A stretch of 64,000 nt of DNA, taken from a virus. Numbering within the stretch: position 1 is the stretch's first letter; the number at the start of each line of letters is the position of its first letter. The stretch is from positions 27,888-91,887 of IMG/VR virus record IMGVR_UViG_3300036781_000821; one strand, written 5' to 3'. Shown in pieces: positions 56,581 to 64,000 of the stretch. Made by a program: the position numbers and the translations under genes. The notes under the pieces are model-generated. The model had not been told where the DNA came from and did not search any database. It worked only from the letters and a program-made list of their open reading frames with translations.

Positions 56581-57579
56581 ATGAAGTCGCCCCTGCACCC
56601 GCTGGTTTTCAAGCACCTCCGGTCCGTCCAAGCCAGCGATAAAGTTGGCTTGCATGGGTTCTTCCGGCGCAACCACGACGCGCCGCGCTCGTCGCGGACG
56701 GTGTATCGCTGGCAGCGCAGCCTTGGGGACCAGTTGCTCGTTGTGCCGAACGTGCTTGTCGAGCGCTTGGGCTTGCGGCACGCGCACGTCTTTGTCGTGA
56801 ACCCTGATCCGTCCTGGCTCTCCTTGCCGTATGCGGTGGAGTCCGCATGGGTGACGCCGGACTTTTGTCAAGAGGTCTTGTACTTGCACTGCCTCGTGCC
56901 GGTCAGTACGGTGTTCGCGGACGTGCTCGCGCGGTATCCGTGCGCTCGTGTCGAGGTCGTATGGTCCGGGAGCGGCTGGCAGAGTTTCTTACAGGATGAC
57001 TATGCGCTGGGCGTCACGAAGCCGGTCCCGCCGGGGACGAGTGATCTGGCGCGCCGGTTGCCGTTCGTGATTCCGGCGATGCTGGAGCTCTGGACGTACC
57101 CGAATAGTTTGCCGCTCGGGTGGGCACGCATCCGACTCCGGCTCGGGACGAGCGTGCGGCAGTACTTGCCGCGTACGCGCATCCAGTACGTGAACGGCAA
57201 GACGCATCTCACGGCGGCGTTTCGCGCGCTCAAAGAGGAAGCGCTCTTGCAGCAGCAGCTCATCCGGTATCATCCTTTACTTGCGCAGAGCGTTGAGGTC
57301 TTCTTGACGGCGCGCATGGACCACGACGAGGTGCTCGTCTTTTTGCAGCGTTTGCGCCCGTGCCTGCACGCGATCGAGACGTACCCGATGGAAGGCGGTT
57401 ACTGGTGTCGTTTGCTCGGGCCGCACCGCTTGTTAGACGCCATCATCAATGTCCCGACAATTGAACGCGAGCGCTTGTCCGGCGTGCACTTCCACACCAA
57501 GCGCCACCCCACGCCCGTCGTGCGCTTCCACTACGAAACGCTCTTCGATCCAACGAAGGGAAACTGGAGGACCGCATGA
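56581..57579 (+). CDS. Hypothetical protein, possible HTH regulator
   Basis: 332 aa; SSRTVYRW HTH-like segment; first gene of a three-gene operon. Confidence 0.55.
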   Translation: MKSPLHPLVFKHLRSVQASDKVGLHGFFRRNHDAPRSSRTVYRWQRSLGDQLLVVPNVLVERLGLRHAHVFVVNPDPSWLSLPYAVESAWVTPDFCQEVLYLHCLVPVSTVFADVLARYPCARVEVVWSGSGWQSFLQDDYALGVTKPVPPGTSDLARRLPFVIPAMLELWTYPNSLPLGWARIRLRLGTSVRQYLPRTRIQYVNGKTHLTAAFRALKEEALLQQQLIRYHPLLAQSVEVFLTARMDHDEVLVFLQRLRPCLHAIETYPMEGGYWCRLLGPHRLLDAIINVPTIERERLSGVHFHTKRHPTPVVRFHYETLFDPTKGNWRTA

Positions 57580-57959
57580 GCATCGACGACCTCCTCGGAA
57601 AACTGCACGAGGACCGCGCGGGCACCATCGAAGACCAGCTCACCGCGCTCGAACGCGAAATCGCCAAGCGACGACTCGTGAGCGCGGAGACCGTCGTGAC
57701 GCTCTTTGGACAGATCGGCGAATTGCGCGCGCAAATCCTCAAGCTCCTCCCGGAGCACGAGTTCGCACCCGACCCCAACCGCGCCATCCGCGAGCCACTC
57801 GAGCGCGAGCGACGCGAGCTCGAACGTGAACTCCAAGAAGAATTGCGGGACCGTTGGCGCGACCAGCAAGAGCTCCGTCGCGAGCACCGCCAGCTCACGC
57901 GCGAACACACGGAGGAAGCGCAGCGGTACGAACGACACACGAGCAGCTACGACGGGTGA
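57576..57959 (+). CDS. Coiled-coil protein
   Basis: 127 aa, E/R-rich. Confidence 0.65.
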   Translation: MSIDDLLGKLHEDRAGTIEDQLTALEREIAKRRLVSAETVVTLFGQIGELRAQILKLLPEHEFAPDPNRAIREPLERERRELERELQEELRDRWRDQQELRREHRQLTREHTEEAQRYERHTSSYDG

Positions 57960-57964
57960 CGTGA

Positions 57965-59917
57965 TTGCTGCCGGACGTCTTCAAGCGCCTCAAACCGTTA
58001 TACGGAAAACGCATCGATGACCTGTGGATCGCGTACAACGTCGGCACGCCCGAAGACAAGATCGCCATCGACGAGGTCCTCACCATCCTCGCCGTCCGGC
58101 GACTCGGGATCGCCGTTGGCGACGAAAAGATCACGCTCGAACCGCCAACCGCGTCCGTGATTGGCGGCGGCGAGTACACGCTCGGCACCGTCAACTATCC
58201 TGGCCTTCCGCCGTATCCGTTCACGTTGTACCGTCGGGAGCTCTTGCGGCACCTCTTCCTCCTCGGTCCTTCCGGCACGGGGAAGAGCACGCTCATCCTC
58301 GGGCTCTTGCGGCAGCTCTTGCGTGATGGGCTCGATTTCTGGAGCGTGGACTTCAAAAGAAACTATCGTTGCCTGCTCGGCGATCCCCACGCGCGACGAC
58401 TCGTCGTGCTCACCGTCGGACGAGGCACGGCACCGCTCCGGCTCAACATGTTGCAAGCGCCGCACGGCGTCGAGCCAGCGGAGTGGGCGGAGGCGCTCAC
58501 GGACATCATCAGCACCGCGTACCTCCTCATGCAGGGAGCAAGGAACGTCCTCAAGGAATCCCTGTTAAACGCAATCACTACGCATGGTGCTCGGGGGACG
58601 CTGCGTGACGCGCTCGACCACCTGCGTCTCCAGCTCGGGACGTCGCGCGGCGGAAGCCGACGATACGGGTGGCTCGAAAGCAGCTACCGTTCGATTGAGG
58701 AATTGACGAAGGGAGCGCTGGGGAACGCGCTCAACGCGCCCGGCGAGATGACGCTGGGCGACTTGCTGGACGTGCCGGTCGTGTTCGAGCTCCAAGGACT
58801 CGGCGAGGATCAAAAGCGGTGCTTCTGCCTGTATCTCCTCCAGGCCGTGCTGCTCTTGCGTAAGCACCAGAGCGATCAGCGCGAAGTCCTCCGTCACGTC
58901 CTCGTGTTTGACGAAGCGCATAACGTCTTCCCGAAGGAACAGTGGGGACAGCTCGGCGTGCCATCAAAGCTCGCGCGCGAAGTGCGTGAGTACGGTGAGG
59001 CGCTCATTGCTGCGACCCAGCAAGCGGATGTCGCGGACTCGCTCATCGCGAATAGCGGAACAAAACTCATCCTGCGCACTGACTACCCGAAGGATGTGGA
59101 CTTCGCAAGCAAACTCCTGCAAGTCGATGCGCGCTGGCTTGCGAAGATCCCGCTCGGCCAAGGCATCGCGCGTCTGCCCACGCGGTACTACCAGCCGTTT
59201 CTCTTCAACTTCCCCGAGCAACCGTTAAAAAACCAAATCGTGACCGACGAGCGCGTACAAGTGCGTTATGCGCAATGGACGCGGACCGAGCACGCGATGC
59301 CGCCGGTCGTCATTCCAACGCAGAAGGAAGTTAGCGAGGGATTGCGTCCGCGCGAGCACGAACTGCTGCTTGACGTGGCAGCGCACCCGATTAGTGCGGT
59401 GACGGAGCGCTATGCGCGCCTCGGCTGGAATCCGAAGACGGGGAATGGGATTAAGGATGCGGTCCTCCAAGCGGGACTCGTGGAGTTCGTGGTCATCGAT
59501 GCTGGGCGCACGCGCGTCAAGCTCCTCACGCTCACGAGTGCCGGAGAACGGCTCGTCGTGGACAACGGCGGCACCATCCAGCGGTCAGGTCGAGCGGGGA
59601 TGGAACACGAGTTCTGGCGCGCACGACTTAAGGAACGCTGCGAAGCACGGGGCTACACGGTCACCGAGGAGTACCACCTCGGGAACGGCAAGCGCGTCGA
59701 CCTGCGCGCCGTCCGCGACGGACGGATGTACCTCATCGAGATCGAGACGGGTAAATCCGACGTCAAAGCGAACGTCGAGAAGTGCGCGGGTCACGGTGCG
59801 CTCGTCGTCTTCTTCTCCAGCGCTGCGGCGCGGGATGCCGCCGTCGACGCGATCCCCGCGACGTGTACGGTCATCACGCCGGAGACACTCAACATGTTGC
59901 ACCGGCTTCTCCTGTGA
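57965..59917 (+). CDS. HerA/VirD4-like ATPase with C-terminal wHTH and nuclease-like domain
   Basis: RHLFLLGPSGTGKST, VFDEAHN, REVREYG...AATQ; C-terminal EHEFW...RVDL...LIEIETGKS. Confidence 0.85.
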   Translation: MLPDVFKRLKPLYGKRIDDLWIAYNVGTPEDKIAIDEVLTILAVRRLGIAVGDEKITLEPPTASVIGGGEYTLGTVNYPGLPPYPFTLYRRELLRHLFLLGPSGTGKSTLILGLLRQLLRDGLDFWSVDFKRNYRCLLGDPHARRLVVLTVGRGTAPLRLNMLQAPHGVEPAEWAEALTDIISTAYLLMQGARNVLKESLLNAITTHGARGTLRDALDHLRLQLGTSRGGSRRYGWLESSYRSIEELTKGALGNALNAPGEMTLGDLLDVPVVFELQGLGEDQKRCFCLYLLQAVLLLRKHQSDQREVLRHVLVFDEAHNVFPKEQWGQLGVPSKLAREVREYGEALIAATQQADVADSLIANSGTKLILRTDYPKDVDFASKLLQVDARWLAKIPLGQGIARLPTRYYQPFLFNFPEQPLKNQIVTDERVQVRYAQWTRTEHAMPPVVIPTQKEVSEGLRPREHELLLDVAAHPISAVTERYARLGWNPKTGNGIKDAVLQAGLVEFVVIDAGRTRVKLLTLTSAGERLVVDNGGTIQRSGRAGMEHEFWRARLKERCEARGYTVTEEYHLGNGKRVDLRAVRDGRMYLIEIETGKSDVKANVEKCAGHGALVVFFSSAAARDAAVDAIPATCTVITPETLNMLHRLLL

Positions 59918-60213
59918 CGGTTTTCGGATTTACCGGCTACGCGGCGTCCTGGCGCGGTTTCTGCGGGATTTACCCGGATTTACCAGGACTACAAGAGCGT
60001 TGTTTCCGTCGGAGGGCGTTTGAGTTCTTGCCATTCTCCCGTGGCGAGTTTGTGCGCCTTGAGCGCTTGGAGCGTGTCCCATTCTTGGCGCGTGGCTTGT
60101 ATCCATACTTCCATGTCGTTCGTGTCGGTGTGATGTTTATCGTGGTTCCTCGTGCGTTCTCGTGGTTGTTCCGTTCGGTAGCGTAATAAACCCGGCGTGC
60201 TTTGTGTCGGGGT

Positions 60214-60864
60214 ATGTGTGGTCGATTTGGGTCGTTTGCTGAGTGGAGCGAGCTGCAGGACAAGTTCGCGGTGACGGAGCTTGATGACGCGGTGCGCCCA
60301 AGCTACAACATTGCGCCGACGCAGCGTGCGCCCGTGATTCTCGATGCGGCACCGTCGCGCGTGTCCGCGGTGCAGTGGGGTCTCGTGCCGTCCTGGTCGA
60401 AGGAGCCCAAGATGGCGTTTAGCATGATCAACGCTCGGGCGGAGACGCTCGGTGAGAAACCAGCGTACAAGCACCTCGTCCAGCGTCGTCGCTGCGTCAT
60501 TATTGCGAGCGGGTTCTACGAGTGGCACACCAAGGGCAAGGTGAAGCAGCCGTACTTTCTCCAGTACCGGGACGGAGTGTTCGGCATGGCGGGCTTGTGG
60601 GACGAGTGGCACAGCCCTGATGGGAAGACCGTGCTGCGGACGTTCACGATCATCACCACCTCGCCCAACGAGCTCATGCAGCCCATCCATGACCGGATGC
60701 CCGTCATGCTCACGCCAGCGCAGTGCAAGGCGTGGCTCGTCACCGGCGACACCGGGTTGCTCCACGCATTCCCTGCATCGCTGATGACTGCGACGCGTGT
60801 CAGTCCGCTCGTCAATAACGTCAGGAACAACAACCCCGACGTGCTCCGTCCCCTCAACGCGTGA
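60214..60864 (+). CDS. SRAP/YedK-family (abasic-site protecting) protein
   Basis: MCGRF, YNIAPTQ, WGLVP, INARAET, GFYEW and HDRMPV motifs. Confidence 0.95.
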   Translation: MCGRFGSFAEWSELQDKFAVTELDDAVRPSYNIAPTQRAPVILDAAPSRVSAVQWGLVPSWSKEPKMAFSMINARAETLGEKPAYKHLVQRRRCVIIASGFYEWHTKGKVKQPYFLQYRDGVFGMAGLWDEWHSPDGKTVLRTFTIITTSPNELMQPIHDRMPVMLTPAQCKAWLVTGDTGLLHAFPASLMTATRVSPLVNNVRNNNPDVLRPLNA

Positions 60865-61930
60865 AATGCCCGCACTGGTCAGGGCGGCGACCCAAGGAAG
60901 GGAAGAGTTCTTAAATTACTATTGCCTATCGAAGAGAAGAAAAGAACAGGGGGCCGGACTTGCACCGGCGGCCTATTGGGAACTCGCCACACTGGACATG
61001 TCGAACGAAGCATTCCCTTCGGGTCTCTACCACTATTACCCCTGCCAGCTCGCGCTGAATGTGATTATTTGAACGCATCAAGGAGCCGCTTCACCTTCTC
61101 GATCTCCTCAGGCGTCACATCTTCTGGCAGAATCAAGCGCGCCAGTCTACCCTCTGAGAGTACGCGCTCGATAACGTGAACTCGTGATGCCGCGGCCTTG
61201 GATGGCTGCCCGACGTATGAGCGCTCGGGCTCCGTACTCGTCGCGCTATCGAGGACGGTTGGGTCGAGATCTGAGAGTGAACATAGCGCTCGAAATGTTT
61301 CCGCGGTTGCCTTTGCTGCGCGCTGGCCTAAGCCCGTGTGCGTGCTGAAGAAGTTCAGCAGTGTCTGGTGGTCTTGCTGTCCAGCGTTCGGGTAGACCTT
61401 GAATACTTCTTGATAGCCTTCGCGCACCGCCGCCCCGAGTACGCCGCGAGCCTGGGTTCTATCTCTGTACCGTTTATACCGTTCTGTGGGCGACCCCGCC
61501 TCATCAATGAATTTGAGGAACCGCAAGATGGGTATGATGTTCCTGTCGTTGCTGCTCCTGAAGTCAATCGCCGCAAGGTGCTTTTGGCTGACCTTGTCAG
61601 GTGTTCCCATCGTCGGGATTTTCTCGAAGAACTTCTTCAGGCTGCCTGTCTTGAGGGTATAGGGGTAGTTGGCCATACAATCCGCGTATAGCTTTCTATA
61701 TATAAATGTTCGCAAAGCGCCAAACTTCGTCAGTTGTCGTCTCAGAAACTTGGTAACCAACTTGGTTGGTCGCCTAAAGATGAGAATGATGACGAAATAT
61801 GTCGGTCCGTTAGACGATCCTCGACGCGCACGCGCAGCAGCATGCTCGTAAATAGCGTCAAGCACAACACCCGCGATGTCCTCCGTCCCCTCAGCGCGTG
61901 AACGACTGCACTGGTCACGGCGGCGACCCA
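60807..61930 (+). repeat. ~88-bp degenerate direct repeats (60807-60894, 61844-61930): duplicated SRAP 3' end
   Basis: CTCCGTCCCCTCA(A/G)CGCGTGAA...GCACTGGTCA.GGCGGCGACCCA in both copies. Confidence 0.85.
61065..61676 (-). CDS. DUF5343-like protein
   Basis: MANYPY...PDKVSQKHL...IIPILRFLKFIDEAGSPTERY; start at 61676. Confidence 0.7.
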   Translation of the reverse strand: MANYPYTLKTGSLKKFFEKIPTMGTPDKVSQKHLAAIDFRSSNDRNIIPILRFLKFIDEAGSPTERYKRYRDRTQARGVLGAAVREGYQEVFKVYPNAGQQDHQTLLNFFSTHTGLGQRAAKATAETFRALCSLSDLDPTVLDSATSTEPERSYVGQPSKAAASRVHVIERVLSEGRLARLILPEDVTPEEIEKVKRLLDAFK

Positions 61931-62088
61931 CCTATAAGCGCACGAGGACTCCGCACTTGCTATGGCACGCTGTCCGAACTGCAAGAACCATACCCTCGTC
62001 ACCGTCGTCTCGATCTTCGGGAGCGCGCGAGACCGTTTAGCGTGCCAGAACTGCGATTACCGCGAGTACCATCGCGCGCTCGATGACC

Positions 62089-62730
62089 TTATTCCGCGAG
62101 GGCTGTGTTGATGCGCGCGAGCAGGCTGGTCGTGGTCGCGGCGTAGGCGTTGGCCTGGGTCTTGGCGTCCTTGAGCTGGGTGTCCAGGTCGTTGCCAGTC
62201 GTGTGGAGGTCATTGGCGATGAGGACGCATTGTGCGGCGTGCTGGAGGTCCGCTCCTTGCGCCAGCACGCGGTCGAGCGTGTCGAGTGTGCCGGTCGCGT
62301 TTTGGAGTCGTTCGTTCATGTCGTCTTCGGTGTGGCGTCGGAGCGTGTTGATGCTGCGTTGCGTTGCCGGGTTCGTGATCTGTGCTCGTTCTTGGTCGAA
62401 CGTTGCGAGCTTGGCGGTGTACGTGGTTTTGTAGTCTTCGATGTCGTTGCCTAGTCGTTCGCGGAGCGTCTTGAGTCGCTCGGTCGTGCGGTCGAACGCT
62501 TGCAACTCCGTGGGGAGCGCGGCGTTCTTGTCGGGGTTCTCGACGTCGCGCGAGAGCTGTGAGGCCTGGGCGCGGGTCATGGTTGCGGTCTCGCGCAGGT
62601 CGTTCTGGTCGCGCTTGAGATTATTCGTTGCTGCCTCGACGGTTTGCGCGCGGACGGTCGAGGGGTTCGTGAATTGGGTGATCGCGACGAGCCCGATGCC
62701 GATCGCCAATAATGCGCCGATGAGTTTCAT
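62089..62730 (-). CDS. Exported or membrane-anchored coiled-coil protein
   Basis: MKLIGALLAIGIGLVAITQF followed by a long helical region. Confidence 0.6.
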   Translation of the reverse strand: MKLIGALLAIGIGLVAITQFTNPSTVRAQTVEAATNNLKRDQNDLRETATMTRAQASQLSRDVENPDKNAALPTELQAFDRTTERLKTLRERLGNDIEDYKTTYTAKLATFDQERAQITNPATQRSINTLRRHTEDDMNERLQNATGTLDTLDRVLAQGADLQHAAQCVLIANDLHTTGNDLDTQLKDAKTQANAYAATTTSLLARINTALAE

Positions 62731-62776
62731 GATGGTGTCCTTTCGTGGTGCCGCTTCGTTCTGGTGCGGCTCCTTT

Positions 62777-64000
62777 TCAAGGAACAACAATGCGCGAACG
62801 TCGGGGCGAAGTCCAGTCGGAAGAACGGTCATCGGTAGTGGTCGCCATCCACTCCCGCATGGCTTTCCAAATGTGGTTGGGGACGCGCTTGTTGTTCCTG
62901 CCGCGCAGGTCCGAGATCACGAGTCCCTTCTTTGTTCGTTTGATGGAGAGTGTGGCGCGGAGGCCGGGTGCGTGGATGGCGTAGAAGAAGCGCTTGCCGA
63001 GTCGTGCTTCTTGTTCGTGCGTGATCGCGCAGTGCTGGAGGAGGAGCGTTTCGCGCAGGAGTTCGCCCGTCGTGCGGAGCGGCATGATGCGGAGTTCGGG
63101 CGTCTCGATGCCGGGCACGAGCGGCGGCGCGAGGAGCGTTGTGGTCGAGAGCGTGATCCGTCGGGCCGCGCAATCGTCCGTGTATGCGAGGAACCAGTGG
63201 AGTGCGGCAACCGAGCGGAGCGGTATCGGGGGCTCCGTCGCGAAGTGCGTGAGTCGCTCGTGGAGGTCTTGGACGTCGGGTAGCGTGAGCGCACTCGCCG
63301 CGTCGATGAGGCAATCGGGCGTAAGCCACGCGCGCACCAGCGGGTCCATGAGGAGCGCAAGGCCCGGTCGCGTGATACGCGGGAGGTCGGCTAACGCGTC
63401 GATGACGGACTCCTGGTGACACGCGCTGCTGAGCGCGCGCAGGAGTCGGACGGTGAGCGCGCTCGGTGGGAGTCGCTGCAAAACCCGAGCGCACCGTGGC
63501 GTCGAGGGAAAGCCGAAGAGGCCGAGGACATGGTGGCGCTTGCGCTCCACGAGATCGCGCACCGGCGTCCTGATGCCGAACCTCCGGCGCTCCGCAATAA
63601 GCAACGCGAGGACGGGATGGTCCTCTAGGAGTTGCAGGAAGTACGCTCCGCCCCTCGCCGCGGCCCAGACGAAGCGGAGGTGGTTGCTTGGGAACCGCGC
63701 GACCAACGCTCGGACAACGTCGGGAATGATCGCGAGTGTTCGTGCGAAGGCGTCGGCTCGCTCTTGCTTCGCCATGCTCGGGAACGGGAGGGCGTGGATG
63801 CGGTCGATCTCGCGCTGCATCGTGCCGAGGTGAAACCAGGTCGGCACGAACGGACGCCATCCCTTCCCGTGTTCCCAGCGGCGCGCGCCTGGCTGCGTCC
63901 ACGGACGGATGACTTCGAGCCACGTCCCGTCCGCCACGACGAGACGACCGTCGCTGAATTTCGCGTGCGGCCACACAAGCAACCCGTTTCTGACCGTCAT
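62777..64000 (-). CDS. PcfJ-like domain protein
   Basis: C-terminal ELLRET..LQHCA...RATLSI...DLRGRNN; start at the window edge, may extend. Confidence 0.7.
   Translation of the reverse strand: MTVRNGLLVWPHAKFSDGRLVVADGTWLEVIRPWTQPGARRWEHGKGWRPFVPTWFHLGTMQREIDRIHALPFPSMAKQERADAFARTLAIIPDVVRALVARFPSNHLRFVWAAARGGAYFLQLLEDHPVLALLIAERRRFGIRTPVRDLVERKRHHVLGLFGFPSTPRCARVLQRLPPSALTVRLLRALSSACHQESVIDALADLPRITRPGLALLMDPLVRAWLTPDCLIDAASALTLPDVQDLHERLTHFATEPPIPLRSVAALHWFLAYTDDCAARRITLSTTTLLAPPLVPGIETPELRIMPLRTTGELLRETLLLQHCAITHEQEARLGKRFFYAIHAPGLRATLSIKRTKKGLVISDLRGRNNKRVPNHIWKAMREWMATTTDDRSSDWTSPRRSRIVVP

Overview
The window has two halves separated by the 3' half of a tRNA-Gly(CCC) gene at 36086-36131, a probable attR. 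Left half (<1 to ~36.1 kb): the right part of a tailed, podovirus-like prophage, mostly on the minus strand. It encodes recombination genes (ERF, two SSBs), replication genes, terminase, lysis genes, portal, scaffold, major capsid, M15 endolysin, tail tube proteins, tail fibres and an ejection-like protein. Its unusual features are: (1) both tail-fibre-like proteins and two other late-operon proteins start with classical export signal peptides, while capsid, portal and tail tube do not; (2) an intact MOBF (TrwC-type) relaxase-helicase lies inside the prophage next to ardC- and parB-like genes; (3) a 108-nt tract with no G, resembling a G>A-converted hairpin, sits in the likely oriT region; (4) there are two tRNA-shaped elements with good acceptor and T arms but aberrant anticodon arms; (5) an opposite-strand methyltransferase-DUF262-HEPN cassette interrupts the early region. 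Right half (36.2-64 kb): a composite island with two tyrosine-integrase elements, each encoding a large HerA/VirD4-like ATPase with a C-terminal nuclease-like domain. It also carries defence-like cargo (EVE-NucS, a HEPN-like protein, an NTPase, DUF6615-like, DUF5343-like, a methyltransferase, SRAP, PcfJ-like), and three cargo blocks sit between degenerate direct repeats. All family assignments come from motifs read by eye; no searches were run. Some start codons were moved from the ORF track to translationally coupled starts. The host cannot be identified; spanin-like genes suggest a diderm bacterium.
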